Origin: the human T2T-CHM13v2.0 reference genome, Homo sapiens
Reading direction: 5' to 3' (one strand)
DNA length: 64,000 nt
Assembly: GCF_009914755.1 (NCBI RefSeq)
Contig: NC_060945.1
The notes under the pieces are model-generated. The model worked only from the letters and a program-made list of their open reading frames with translations. It had not been told where the DNA came from and did no database searches. Both the position numbers and the translations under genes were made by a program. Shown here piece by piece: positions 27,561 to 42,410 of the stretch (its first letter is position 1; every line of letters begins with the position of its first letter).

Positions 27561-30500
27561 GCCAGATGTCCCAAGTCATTTCCTTTACCTGAGAGCCTTC
27601 ACCAGCTTCTAAGCAAGAAAAAGAAAAATCTATAAATAAGCCACCATCTACTTGTTGCTATTAGTAAAACCATTTTTGTGTTATTAGTAAAGAGGAAGGA
27701 AATGCTGATGTATTGACTTCTCTATCTGCCCATTCTCTATGGAGGAGGAAAGCCAGCAGAAAAGTGCTGAAATATCTTTGAGGCATAAAAAGCTAAGACA
27801 TACCATGATGCAGGAGTCTAGCAATCTGTCCAGCAGAAGGCTCAGTCTGACTGTGGCCATCAGGGGTGTCTTAGGAGGGATCCAGGCCTCCACAGATTAG
27901 AACAACCTCCAGATATTTCCCACTTCTGGCTAGTTATTGATATGCTGTCCACAAAATCATGGCAACTCATAAAATCACAAAAATTTGCATGTTGGAACTG
28001 GAAGATTCTCAGGGCTTTTTTCTTTTTCTTTCTTTCTTTTTTTTTTTTTTTAACAAATGAGGAAACTAAGTCCCAGAGAGTCTGGTTCAAAGCCATACAG
28101 TTAGCTCTTGACAGATTGTGGGGTGGGTGGTGGGGGAGTGGGGGCAGTCTACACTTTTATCAATGCCTTTTGCTTTCACTCTAAATTACTTTTATTTTCA
28201 TTTTATTCTACCCTTTGGAGCATAAGATTTCTATGTACTTGTATATATACTTTTCTCATTAGTATGTTGGCTCCCTAAGGAGGGTATAAACTGGCCCTTT
28301 ATGTTATTACTAAATTCCCCTAGGCATTTATAACGATGAAAAATGTCAAAAAAAAAAGAAAAAGAAAAAGAAAAATATAGCAGTGCTGAAGATGGGGAAA
28401 AAAAGGTAGGCTACACTTATTTATTTCCCTTCCACCTTGTCATCTAGGCATTTTGCAAGCATATCACAACAGTATACATCTGATATATCTGCTGTCACCT
28501 CCATCACCCTTCCATTCCACCTGAGATCGTGTTAGGAAAAGAAATGAGGAAGACGTTTGTGTTCTTCTTGCTCATTGTTTCAAATGATGAGAAAGACTTT
28601 GATGAGACAGACAGAAAGAAGAATGAGGCAAAGCAAGAATAATAAACCCAAGTGCAATGATAAAACCAAGTGTGCAGTGGGAAAATATGCAAGACTAAAT
28701 CTAAATCCTTCAATGTGAGTCATCTGAGGATACCTTTGAAAATGGTATTTTTATTTGGTTTGTCTGAAACATTATGTAGCTTTTGTCCTGTGCTTGGTTA
28801 TCTCAGAGTCTTAGCTGTCAGAGAAGGAAGGGACCTGAGAGCCTGCTTTGTTTAAAGTTCCTCGTGCTGCACTGGAATCCATTCAATCACCAGGGACCAG
28901 CTGACTTCTGCTGAACCCAACCCCATCCACACCCACCCCCAGTCCTCAACCCACTTACTTTACATTCCAGGGGTTTGGGTGTTAGAAAGTCCTTTCTCTT
29001 GTAGAACTGAATATGATTTCCTTGTAAATCCATGAATTGGTCTTAATTACATCATAAAATAAATATGCTTGACAATTCAGCTATTAAGCAAAGTATACAT
29101 TTTGTATTACTTAGATGAAGTCTTTCTGAGGAGAAATCTTGGACAAAACTTGACGTCTATTCTTTTATTTTCATGGATCTCCAAACAATATGAACCAAAA
29201 TGGCTAGCCTGAGTGATTTAAGGGGTTCAGCAAATTGACCTATAAAAAAAACGGAGGCCAAAGTAGTTTGAAATATAGGACATAGAAATGTCTTTACTTC
29301 TTCCCAAGTAGTGAATGATCACAGGTCCCTGTGGGGTACTCAGGGCAGGAATATGCCCCCAATTTGTGGAGATGAAGGATCACTTTCTCATCTAGAGTGG
29401 TAAATTATATTAATTGGAGAAAGTGGTGAATTATATTAAAAGAGGCATTTCCAGTTCCAACTCTTCAGATACACATGGAAATGGGCAGTTGTGAGTATAT
29501 TTAGAGACACCATGTTGCACTAGACGTTAGAGAACGCGAGTGTCACGTTAAATGGTGATAGGTGAGACTGAAATTAGTTATCTGAACATTCTCTTTTTCA
29601 GAAAGATACTGGACCTTGCATTAGAAAAACCTGGAAAAAGTTACAAGGTATGGAGACATTATTGATGTCAAACATGATTTCAGACAGGCTGTTTGTTCTA
29701 ACCTCAGCCAAACTCCGGCCCCACCGGGGAGGCAGCAAGCAGATAGCAGGAGGAATGTGGAAGAGAGAAAGGCTTACGGAAAATGGACCAAAGAGGAAAC
29801 AAGGCAGAAGTTCTCCATCTCTTTTGATTGGGGCCAACTATGAGAAGAGATAGCCCCAGTGAGAAAAAGTGAGCTCTAAGCTCCAGGGATCAGCAGGGAG
29901 CCATGAGGGGAAAGTTTTAGTACCTGAGCTCTGTGTATATACAAGAAAATGCAAATACAAATTGAGCACCAAGAAATTACACATCTATACGCAGAAGGGA
30001 TAAGAAAAAAAGGCAAATTTACAATGTGACATCACTAATTAAAAGAATTAGGGAGGGGCAAGAGGGATCCTACTGTAGTAGATCCCAGACTTTTTGAGTT
30101 TATTAATTTTTAAAACTAGAATGTTGAGTTCATTTGTTTAAAATATTAAATGTAATTCAAATAATGGTATCTTAGTGATTATTCAAAATCAAAATTTTAT
30201 TTGTCAAAAAGAATGCTGAAAAAGGTCATATTCAAAGGAAATAATGATTATATGACTAAAGATAGTAATTAATTTCTCAGGAAAAAAATGATCCACCCAC
30301 ACATAAAATCCTTCATCTTTGTAGAAACTTATTTGAGGTAACCCTATTTTGCTCCCTTAAGCTCACCTTTGATTGAACAAAGTAAAAATAGTCTTTCTTT
30401 GTCTATGCATTTACTTTAATAAATAGGCATCTAGAAACATCAGAGGCAATAATATATCAAAAGCTAACTGAATTCCACCAAGCTGTTTTGAAAATGGGAT

Positions 30501-31649
30501 TTCTCCATCTTCGAATTTTCAAAAGCAATTTATCTCCTCCACAGGCTGACAAAAAAGGAAAGTTTTTGATGCCTTACTCTGAGGGAAAATTTCTTGATTT
30601 CAAATATGTAAGGAAAAGAGTTCTCTGCATATTTTATCTTATTGTATATATATATACATCTATCACTTTGTTTCTTTGTCAACCTCATAGCCAGAATTAC
30701 TGACTGATGATCATTTGATGTACCACACTAATTTCAGTGAGAGTTGTACTGAGTGTTTTATCTCATAAATATGTTTATAATCTCTAATAAACTAGGTATG
30801 CAATTTCTTAGTGAATTTTCAATGGTAATGCAAAGCTAAATATCAATTAATTAAAGAGTTCTGGGGGTGGAAAAGGGGACAAGGGAAAGGAACCACTCTT
30901 GGTTCTTACAAGATGGAGTTTGCAAGAGAACTTAAATTACAAAGGAAAAATGGCATTAAATTAATATCTAATTTCTAAGCTAGTTGACCAAATTATTTGA
31001 GGCTTATTGGCGTTCTCTTGCTTAGTATTGATATAGTACTTACTTAACTTGCTATCACCATAAACAAAAACAAACAATGATGACATGCTCTTCAAACTGA
31101 AAAGCTGCAGGTAGCATTCCCCACCTTCAATAGTAGCTGCCTGAATCTGTGTCTCTCCATATAACCTTTGAAATCAAACCGTTCAATGAGGATATTAAGA
31201 AATATCACCCCTAACCCTCATGTACAACAAAACTGGAAGACAAAGAATAGTTTAGACTCTAAGTGTAATGGGAAGAACCTCTCAAACCAGCAGAATCAGT
31301 TTCAGACTCCTGACTAAAGTCTCTCTGATGGACAAGGATGGAAGAGGTGTGACTGCATTTGAGGATGTAGCAGGGAGGAAAAGAAAAAGCACCCCCCCAA
31401 GAAGAATAGGGGTGGATCTCAGGAGTGTACTGAGATGGGACATAGAGAACAGGGACATGAGGCCTCAGGGATCCACTGGCTACTGTGGAATTGAAAGAAA
31501 GAGGCTTGATGTTTCAAAGGACCATAGGTGTAAGTCTTCTAGTAAAGAAGCAGGCAATGTGGAGGCTTGCTGGTAAAGGGGAAAAGATAGCAAAAGCTAG
31601 AAGTTATAGGAAGAAGTGTTATACATCAGGAAGCACTGTGGCCACCTCC

Positions 31650-32800
31650 ACACGGTAGAAGAAAGCAACGAAAAAATATACCCCACTTACAAGGGCAACA
31701 AAAAAATATAAAATACTTAAAATAAATGTTGTGGCCAGGTGCGGTGGCTCATGCCTGTAATCCTAGCACTTTGGGAGGCCAAGGTGGGCGGATCACGAAG
31801 TCAGGAGATTGAGACCAGCCTAGCCAATATGGTGACATCCTGTCTCTACTAATAATAAAAATATTAGTCAGGCATGGTGGTGCAAGCTTGTAATCCCAGC
31901 TAATCGGGAGGCTGAGGCAGAAGAATCGCTTGACCCCAAGAGGTGAAGTTCCGGTGAGCCGAGATCGCGCCAGTGTGCTCAGTCTGGGCGACAGAGCAAG
32001 ACTCTGTCTTTAAAAAAAAAAAAAAAGTTGCAAGAAATGTGGAAAAAAAACTCATGAATAAGCCTTGAAAACTCTCCTGGAAGACCCATGATCAACTTGA
32101 ACCATAAGGAAAATGCCCCTTGTTCATGGACAGAACAAGTCAACATTATAAACTTGCCAATTTTCCCAAAAAGAATGAATAAACAATACAATCACAATGA
32201 AAATAGCAAGAAGTTTGTTTTTTCCCCCTCGAGCTAGACATTCGATTCTAAAATTCACATGAAATATAAAGATGGGATAATAGCTAAGAAACTCCTGAAA
32301 AGGAAGATAAACTGGGTGGGGGGCAGCCCTAACCCTATCAGGTATTAAAATATAGCATTGAGCTGCTGCATTTAAACGATTCTGGAAATGTTCCATGAAT
32401 AGACAGACCAATGAAACAGAATAGAAAGTAGATCCAAGTATATAAAAAATTTGTGTTTGATAAAGGATGAATGCATCCTTTGTTATACACAGACTTTCAT
32501 TTGGGAATGTATAAATTTGGGGGAATAATGAGCTTTCATTAATTACTGTAGAAATTATGAACTTTCATTATTTATTGGGGAAATTATGAACTTTCTTGTA
32601 AATAATGTTGAAACAATTGGTTTCATTTGTAAGAGAAAAACGTGGACCCATACTTCACATTATACTTAAGAGGAAATTCTAAAAGATCTAATATATAAAT
32701 GTAAAATTGAAACCACATAGTACTCAGATGAAACAAAACTTTGAAGGGAAGAAAATACTCAAAATCCAGAGACAATAAAAATAAAAGAAAGAATTAATAA
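31650..32800 (+). mobile_element. Degraded L1ME-like ORF2 fragment with a nested Alu
   Basis: AAAATACTTAAAATAAAT, TGTTCATGGACAGAAC, ATTCTAAAATTCACATG, GACCAATGAAACAGAATAGAAAG. Confidence 0.65.
31733..32026 (+). mobile_element. AluS
   Basis: Full Alu with A tail. Confidence 0.93.
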
Positions 32801-34334
32801 ATTATATTCTCTGTGTGTGTGTGTCTGTATGTTTTAATATAACAAATAGAACAGGAAAAATAATCAAAGCTAAAATAAAAGAACATGTTTTCACCTGAAG
32901 AATTTAAATCTGTGAATCAAAATACTTCATCTATTATCAGTTGACTAAAACCATAGACCTGGACACAGTTTTGTAAAATTTATAAAAGCTCACTCCCCAA
33001 GTATTTCAGCAGAAAAGTCAATCTACCTACAATTTAATAAAAATAATATTTGTCTCAGACTTTTCCATAGCAATGAACATCAGATATAAATAAAAGTAAC
33101 ATTTACAGAGATTTAAAAAAGAAAGATTGTAACCCAAGAATATAAACTAAACAAATTTTCACTCATCTGTAAAGGTCAAAGTAAATAGTCAAGTCTTTAG
33201 GAAGTAGTTCACTTCCATGCCATTTTGGAGAAAAATAAAAAAATAATAATTGAATATGTAGTACATCAGAGCAAAGTAAAAAACTTGGTAATATGAAAAT
33301 TGTGGTAAATAAAGAACATTCAGGTTCATTTTTAAAAGTTGCAATTATTGAAAATACTCTTGAAACCATAGGGTAAATATTTTGAAAATGCTCCTGAAAA
33401 AGAAGAGTCTCCAGTCTTTCCCTCTGTCTCTCACAACACACAGCCACAAACACACTTACGCACTTTTAAAATATTAGATTATTACAACCAAAGTTAAAAA
33501 TTAGCTGGAGAAGAAGGCCAAGGAATAAAAAGCAGCCAGTTTCCTAATTTTCTATAAAGAAGCATCAATAGAAACTGTTTTATGTTGGCAATACTAATTA
33601 GATAAATATTGGTTCAAGTGCATGTTCTCAGATTTGAAGAAACTTATCAGATAATTAAAAACAAAATATACCTCTTTCTAGTTATTAGAAGTACAAAGAC
33701 ATTAAAAATAATCAACTTACAAAAAGCGGAAACAAGAAAATAAAAGCACACAAGCAGGAAAATAAAGGTATGAAATGCTAACTCCCTAAAGTCTATTATT
33801 TTCTCATCTATAAAATGTGGGTTATAACAAACCTAACCATAGGTTAATTTTGAAGATTAATAAGATAATGTTCAAAAAGTATTTCTCAGTGTCTGGCTCA
33901 CAATCGAAGCTCAAATAATGTTTATTATTACTATTTATAATAAAATATGACAGTTATCAATTATGAAAGTAAATTTACATAGTTAAAATTTAAATAAAAT
34001 ATTAAACCTTTCTTATTAAAGGGAAAAATTAATACAATAAATAAAATAACAAAGAGAATTAAAAATTTAGGCTTGTGAAAAGGTATCTCAAACAACACAA
34101 ATCAAAAGAAAGTAACAGTGTAGAATTCCAAGTAAAAAAGCATTAGATGATGCAAAGATGGTCATTTTATATGGATACATTTTTAAAAATCACAGTGATG
34201 ATAAAATTGTCATAAAATTTAATTAATTAAACATTTATCTTTACAATAAATAAAAGTATTTGGAAATACAAGGGATAAGAAATAATTTTTAATGCTTTGC
34301 TCTCAGTATTTATAAATCAAGAAGACCAAAAATA

Positions 34335-34450
34335 GGGCAACCCTCTTTTGGGCCCCCTGTCCGTGGTGGAGAGCTTTCTTCAATTGTTCATTAAACTCTT
34401 GCTCCAACCTCAAAAAAAAAAAAAAAAAAAAGAAGAAGAAGAAGAAATAA
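34335..34450 (+). mobile_element. Polyadenylated retrocopy of an ERV1-type LTR R segment
   Basis: 77-bp LTR-like body with ATTAAA (34390), A20 tail plus (GAA)n, 24-bp TSD (34311-34334 and 34451-34474, one mismatch). Confidence 0.8.
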
Positions 34451-35171
34451 TATAAATCAAGATGACCAAAAATATACCTAAGATGGTAGAGGACTTTAAT
34501 AATGTAATTAATTAGATTTAATTAGTGTATATTAAACAATATACCTTTCCAAGGTTTTGGAAAACCTTAACAAAAACTATATCTTATGTAGTCTACAGGA
34601 TTTAAAAAAATTTTATTTGTATATGACACACTCTATCATGACTATGTAATAAAAATAAAAACTAATGGGAATAAAACATTTCAAAAAATCCAGTAATTTT
34701 AGAATAAAAAGAAAACATTGTAAATATTAGCTAAAAAGAAAAAGAAAATGAAAGTTACTACTACAAACCATTTAGAAAGTAATGACCATGTAAAACTATA
34801 TGTTAAAATTTCTGTACCAAGACAATTAAATGGGAAAAGAAAAGGCCTTTCAGCAAGTGGAGCTGGAAGAACTAGATAGCCACACAAGAAAGAATGAGTT
34901 GAAGTCCTATCTCACATACAAAAATTAGCAAAATGGAGGAGCTAAAACTCTAAAACTGTTAGAAGAAAATAAGCATAAATCCTCATGATCTTAGAATAGA
35001 CAATGGTTTCCTAGATAAGACATCGAAAGTATAAGCTGCAAAAGAAAAAAATACAAAAATTGGACATCATCAAAATTAAAAACTTATGTGTTTCAAAGAA
35101 TGCCATCAAGAAAGTGAAAGGAAAATCCACATAATGGGAGAAAATTTTTACAAATCATGTATCTTATAAAG

Positions 35172-35952
35172 CAGGGGTCCCCAAGCCCCAGACCACAGAC
35201 TGTACCAGTCCCTGGCCTGTTAGGAACCAGGCTGCACAGCAGGAGATGAGTTGAGGGAAGTGAGCATTACTGCCTGGGCTCTGCCTCCTGTCAGATCAGC
35301 AGCGGCATTAGATTCTCATGGAAGTGCAAACCCTATTGCGAACTGTGCCTGCAAGGTGTATTAGTCCATTCTCATGCTGCTATGAAAAAATACCTGAGAC
35401 TGGGTAATTTATAAAGTAAAGAGGTTTAATTGACTCACAGTTCGGCATGGCTGGGGAGGTCTCAGGAAACTTACAATCAATGGCTGGGGAGGTCTCAGGA
35501 AACTTACAATCATGGTGGAAGGCAAAGGAGAAGCAGGCACCTTCTTCACAGGGCAGCAGGATGGAGTGAGTGCAAGCAGGGGAAATGCCAGACACTTATA
35601 AAACCATCAGATCTCATGAGAACTCACTTACTATCACAAGAACAGCTTGGGGGAAACCACCCCCATGATCCAATTACCTCCACCGGGTCTTACCCTTGAC
35701 ACATGGGGATTACAAAGATTATGTGAATTATAATTCCAGATGAGATTTTGGGTGGGGGCACAGCCAAACCATATCATGAGGAATCAAGGTTGCACACTCT
35801 TTATGAGACCCCAATGTTTGATGATCTGAGGTGCAACGGTTTCATCCCTAAACCGTGCCCCTCCCCCTGCGCTTCCCACCCCCTGTTCCAATTTTGTGAA
35901 AAATATCTTTCATGAAACTGGTCTCTGGTGTCAAAAATGTTGGCGACCACTG
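35172..35952 (+). mobile_element. MER1B hAT DNA transposon split by a MaLR LTR
   Basis: CAGGGGTCCCCAA...TTGGCGACCACTG inverted termini; 8-bp TSD-like TTATAAAG/TTACAAGG. Confidence 0.88.
35357..35776 (-). mobile_element. THE1D/MSTA-like MaLR solo LTR
   Basis: TGTATTAGTCCATTCTC...CAGCCAAACCATATCA; 5-bp TSD CAAGG/TGAGG, compatible with CpG decay of CGAGG. Confidence 0.9.
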
Positions 35953-36872
35953 TTACAAGGGACTCGTACCTAGAATATGTAAAGAATTATTACAACTCAA
36001 TAATAGAAGGGTAAATAACTCACTTTTAAAAATTAGCAAAGGATTTGAATAGACAGTTCTTTTAAGGAGATATACAAATGGCCAATAAGCACATCAAGGG
36101 TTGCTTGACATCATCAGCCATCTGCAAAATCGAAATCAAATCCACAATGAGATACCACTTCACACCTGTGACGATGCCTATAACAAAAAAGATGGATAAA
36201 AACAGGTGTTGGCAAGAATACGGATGGAGAAACTGGAATCCTCATACACTGCTGCTATGAATGTAAAATGGTGCAGCCACTTTGGAAAACAGGGTGGCAA
36301 TTCCACTCCCAGGTATATACCAAGAGAAATGAAAACATACATCCACACGAAACCTTGTATACAAATGGCCATAGTAGCATTGTTCATAATAGCCAAAAAG
36401 TGGAAACTACCCAAATATTCATGAACTGATGAATGGATTTAAAAATGTGGTATATTCTTATAATGAAACATGCTTCCGTGATAAAAAAAAAAAAAAAGAA
36501 ATGAAGTGCTGACATGTGCTACAGCTGAGACAAATCTTGAAGACATGAAGCTAAGTGAAAGAAGCCAGTCACAAAGAACCCCATATGGTATGATTCTGTT
36601 TATATTAAATTTCCAAAATAAAGGAATTTATATAAAATGAAGTAGATTAATGCTTGCCTTGGGCTACAGGGGCTGGAGCAATTGAGGGTGATTTTTAAGG
36701 GGTGCAAGGTTTATTTGTATTGTCATGAAAATGTTCTAAAATTGATTGTTGTAATTGCAGAACTCTGTGAATATACTAAAAGTCATTGAATCATATACTT
36801 TAAATGGGTGGATTGTGTCACATATGAATTATTTCTCAATAGAGCTGTTTAAAAAAAAAAAAACAACTTGTT

Positions 36873-37163
36873 GGCCGGGCGCAGTGGCTCACACCTGTAA
36901 TCCTAGCACTTTGGGAGGCCAAGGCGGGCGGATCACGAGGTCAGAAGATCGAGACCATCTTGGCTAACACGGTGAAACACCATCTCTACTAAAAATACAA
37001 AAAAAAAAATAAAAAATAGCCAGGCGTTGTGGCAGGCGCCTGTAGTCCCAGCTACTCAGGAGGCTAAGGCAGGAGAATGACATGAACCCAGGAGGCGGAG
37101 CTTGCAGTGAGCCAAGATTGCGCCACTGCAGTCCAGCCTGGGCTACAGAGCGAGACTCCCTCT

Positions 37164-37199
<36 letters not shown>
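36873..37199 (+). mobile_element. AluY
   Basis: GAGACCATCTTGGCTAACACGGTGAAAC and GGCGGAGCTTGCAGTG diagnostics; long A tail; TSD AACTTGT. Confidence 0.93.
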
Positions 37200-37201
<2 letters not shown>

Positions 37202-39059
37202 TGTACTATGACTTCAACTTCCAAGTGGAATGTAGATGTTGTGATTGCCCAATGTTCCCAACACAATTACTGGACAAAAAGCCAGACAAATGACCAAAAT
37301 CTTGTTTCAAGTCGCCATACAGTTGTAGAAACAATAATTAGATGAACTGGAATTTCACAGGAGGAGACTTCTAGAACAGTAGGAATTTTGCTAATGTTTA
37401 GTAAGGCCTCATGATCAGATTTGGCCCACACCAGGGAGAGAAACCGGAGATGTTTTTGTTGGTCACTCAGGGCTGGTATGGGCGCAAAAGATTATATAAC
37501 TTGAGAAGCACAGACTTAATAGGTGTTTTCCCCAAGAAATTCTCTGTGTGCTGGAGATGAACATGGAGGACTCGAGAGCTAGGCTAAGGGTTCCTAAAAG
37601 ACAGAGTAAAATCTGCTTTATTCTCCAAGTGCTTGAGAGACTGTATTTCCCCAGAGGGACTGGGCCTACCAACTAGTCCTCCAAGATGTTTGCCACATTT
37701 AAAGCTGCAGGATATGGGAGCTAAAGATCCAAGCTCAAATCTAGATAGTGGATTTGCCACAGTCTTCCATGTTTGAGGGAGAGTGACCCACTAGTCTCTC
37801 AGCCCAAATCCTTGAAGGGTCTTCCTTGAGAAACAGGGAAGGACCAAAGATGGATGAGTCTTAGGAAAACTGCATATGTGTAATAGAACTAAGAGGGGAA
37901 GCGGGAGAGAGACAATGGGCCAAAAGCAACAACTGAAGATATAATGGCAAAGCATTTGCCAAAATGGATAAAATATTAATACATCAATTCAAAAATTCAA
38001 GAAACCCTAAGTAGCTCAGCAAACCCCAAGTAGGGTTTAAGAAAAAAGAAAATCATACTAAGGTACATTACAGTTAAACTGCTAAAACTTAGCAGATGAG
38101 CTCAAGTTTCTTTTCTGAAGCAAATTCATATCCTTAAATAGCCTTATTAAATAATAAATATTTAAAAATTTTAAAACTACTTATTCATCATAAGAAATTA
38201 AGAAAATAATAAAATCTAAGATTCACAGGAGATTGGGTTACCAAAAATAAATGCTGAAATTAAATTATCAAAAAAAGGGAAAACAGTTAAATTGATAAAT
38301 TAATAAATCTTAAAGGTGGTTATTTTAATAATAAAAACCCAACAAAAGACGTGTATTTACTTTCAATGTTTATTATTTTAATTAAATAAATTTGATTCAA
38401 ATTAAAAAGCACAAATGTGAGAGTGAAAAAATGACATGACTACAGATTCAAAGGAAACTACAAAAATAAGAGAAACTGCAAAAATATGCCTTCCATAAAT
38501 AAATTTGATAGTTTTAATGAAAAGTATAATTTCTGGCCAAATATAAATTATAATATTTTACTTAAGAAGTAGAATATCTGAATAGGCCTATTACTATGCA
38601 TATTACTAAAAGGATTATTCAGAAATTTTAAAATTTACTACAAGATTTTACAAGATTAGGTTGTATCACATAAAATTACTTTATGCTATATATAATAGAG
38701 TACATATGCATAATAATTGGCTATATTTGAATCTCAATTTATTTTTGACATTAAATTAACTTGTTACCAAGCTTGAGAAAGCACTACAACCATGCAACTA
38801 AAAAAATAGCACATGCGACACTCTCACTTATGAATATAGGTGCAAAAATTCTAAAGGAAATTCTAACAAATCAATTTCAATGCTAAATAAAAATAAGGCC
38901 ATACCATTTTAAGTAGAATTATTCTAGGTATGCAGACTTACTTCACACTAGGCAATCTATCAGTTGAATTGATATAGCTACAGTTCAAAGGGAAAACTAC
39001 ACAATTATTTCTACCCATGCTGAAAACACATTAATAATTAAGATACATTTAAAAATTAA

Positions 39060-40330
39060 TAAGCTTTATGTTTTAGAGTAGTTTTAGCTTTACAGATATA
39101 TTGAGTAGAAAATACAAAGTTCCCATATACTCCCTCTCCCTACCACAGTTTCCTCTATTATCAATATCTTGCATTGATGTGGCACATTTATTATAATTGA
39201 TGAGCCAATATTGATACACTATTATTAACTAAAATCAATAGGTTACTTTAGGTTTCACTCTTGGTATTTACATTCTAGGGATTTTGACAAGTGTATAGTG
39301 ATGAGTACCCACCACTAAAGTATCTTACGTAATAATAGTTTCACTGCCTTAAAAATCCCCCTTGTACTACCTATTCATCTCTCCCTGTCCTCCAGTCCCC
39401 AGCAACCACTCATCTTTTTACTGTCTCCAAAGTTTTGCCTTTTCCAAAACGTCATAGAGTAGGAATCATACAATATGTAGCCTTTTCAGATTGGCTTCTT
39501 TCACTTAACAACATGTGTTTAAGGCTCCTCCATGTCTTTTTGTGGCTTGACAACTCATTTCTTTTCATTACTAAATAGTATTCCATTGTATGGATGTGGA
39601 TGTACCATAGTTTATTTGTCCAGTCACCTATTAAAACACATCTGGGTTGCTTCTAAATGTCGGTAGTTAAGAGGAAAGCTGCTGTAAACATTCATGTCCA
39701 GGTTTTTTTTTCTGTATGTAAGTTTCTAATTCATATGGGTAAATATGAGGGAGTGTTACTACTGAGTAGGAGTATGCCTAATTTTGTAAGAAACTGCCAA
39801 AATCACTTTCCAAGTGGCCATACCATTTTGCATTCCCACTAGCAATGAGTAAGAGGATCTGCTGCACAACATTCTCATCAGCATTTGGTGGTGTTTATGT
39901 TTGGGATTTTGGTCATTCTAATGGGTGTGTAGTAATATCTCGTTTTAATTTGAAAGTCTCTAATGATGTTGAGCATCTTTCCACAAGCTTATTTTCCATC
40001 TGTATATCTTCTTTGGTAAGGTATCTGTTGAGATCTTTTGCCTATTTTTTAATTGGACTGTTTGTTTCTTACTATTGAGTTTTAAGAGTTCTTTGTATAT
40101 CTTAAATACTAGCCTGCATCTGACATATGTTTCACAAAATCCTCCCAGTCTATGGCTTATTTTTTCATTCTCTGAACAGTGTCATTTACAGAACAGAAGT
40201 TTGAAATTTTAACAAAGTCCAACTTATCAATTTTTTTATGGATTGTGCTTTTGGATTTAAGAAGTCATTGCCAAATTCAAGGTCATTGAAATATTCTCCT
40301 ATTTTACCTTCTCAGCATTTTACAAGATAT
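39060..40330 (-). mobile_element. L1MC/MD-like 3' end, antisense
   Basis: TTTTAGAGTAGTTTTAGCTTTACAG 3' terminus, GGAATCATACAATATGTAGCCTTTTCAGATTGGC, ORF2 relic. Confidence 0.82.
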
Positions 40331-40643
40331 ATTTTTAATTAAAAACAAATAGATGCTCTGAATCAGTCATGGTCCCCACAAGGATTTTTAATAGAAACTG
40401 TAAGGAAAAGACAACTTACAATGGGCTTGGTAAGGTTAAGGAAATATATAAGGGATAATGCTTGCAACCATGATAAGCTGTCATCACCCAGGTCAAAAGG
40501 AAAAAAGGGAGGAGCTAGTGCTGGGACCCAGTGTGGAGGCTATGGTGAAGAAGCTATTATTGTGAACTCCACTACTACTATAGGTTTCATACCTAGGCAA
40601 GAAGAGCATGTAGTCCTCATAAGTTGATAGATATAAGAAAGGG

Positions 40644-40952
<309 letters not shown>

Positions 40953-42140
40953 GGAGCCCTAACTGGCAGGAACAGGAGCAAGGATGGGGGAGAGCCATCA
41001 TTCTAAGAAATGGCTGACAAGCCATCGTTCTGAGAACTGGTTAACCAACAACAACCCACTTGCACAACACCCTGTTCCCAAATACCTTGTTTTGCACATA
41101 GACCCAGCAGCATGACCTTATCAGCACGTACCCTCTCCAGCACAAGCCTATAAAACTTCCCTCCAGCCCCTGACTCTTCGAGACAACCTCCTCTCTGCTG
41201 TGCACCTCATTGTTCTCTTGCAGTGTATCTTCGTACTTTCTACAATAAATCTGCCTTTCTTTATCCATGACTGTCTTGGTAAATTCTTTCACTGCCTGCA
41301 ATGCTGGACCCAGCCAGTCACACCAGCAGCATTTTGGTGGTCCATATGGAGACCTCTCCCCTATTCACTGTTTTTTCTCTTCTCCAACTCCAACCTCTTA
41401 GTGGACAGCATCCAAGCCTGGAGACATCTGATGGCCCCCCACTGCAGCTACTCCCTGGTGGATCAGAAGGTCCCAGTGGAAAGAAGTTTGACCGTCACTG
41501 CCCGATCGAGTGAGAGTTTAGAGTTTACTTTCCTTTCCCGTCTTCTGGTGGACAAACTCTAGTATCCCTCTAGCAGCTGATGGCCACTGGCCAGGGCCAT
41601 TCCCTGGTGTGGCCTAAAGGCCAAGGAGTGAACCAGGTTTGGCTGCTTTGCTTGGAAGGGAGGATGGCTCTCTCCTAACCCTTCTGGTCAAAAGTCCCCA
41701 GTCCCTACATGCAGCACAATAGGCAGCGGCAGCTTGACCAGGGCAAACGCACACACATTTTGGGGAACTCAGACCCCGTCCTTCTCACTCTAAATTTCTC
41801 CTGTGAAGAAAGCCAGCCATCCTTTTCTGGACATTTTAAGCAACATGATCCCAAATAGCACCAGAACAGTGAGCCTTCCCTCAACCTTTGCCCCTTATAC
41901 CTGGATTCAGCACCCAGTATAATTCATACGTGGACTGACCTGGGGCTGCTCACCCTGTGTTCATCCATCCAGTGTAAGGCTCTCATGCTGGGAGGTCCTT
42001 TCTAATAGGTGGGATGCCCCTTTGGAAAGTGCCTCTCAAGGCTCCTCAGTGGACATAAGTGGAACCCCCTTTCCTTGGCTGGAGGCCCCAAGAGAAATTG
42101 TGGTTTGTGTCCCCAGTAGACATTCTTTTCCAATCCCCCC

Positions 42141-42410
42141 ATGGGACAAAGCCCTTCCATTCTCTCAGACTCACCGATGGGCTGCATTCTAAAACATTGG
42201 GATAAACTTGACTCCCAGACTCTCAAAAGGAAACATCGAATTTTCTTGTGTAATACAGCATGGCCACTTTATAAACTTCCAGATCAGGAATCCTACTGGC
42301 TTCCAAATGGGACCTCTGCCCCCAGTAGTATTTTATAGGTTGACCTCTTTGGTCATAATTCTTCTAAACGGCTTGAGATTCCTTATATCTGAGGTTGTGT
42401 AACTCTTTCT
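42141..42410 (+). pseudogene. gag matrix remnant
   Basis: MGQSPSILSDSPMGCILKHWDKLDSQTLKRKHRIFLCNTAWPLYKL with a Gly2 myristoylation-type start, followed by a frameshifted VDLF...EIPYI; class I ERV MA-like. Confidence 0.85.

Larger units (their letters stand above)
34820..36860 (+). mobile_element. L1MB 3' region, interrupted by MER1B/THE1
   Basis: ORF2 relics MANKHIKGCLTSSAICKIEIKSTMRYHFTP and IYPREMKTYIH-like frames; L1MB 3' UTR ending ATTTCTCAATAGAGCTGTTTAAAA. Confidence 0.85.
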
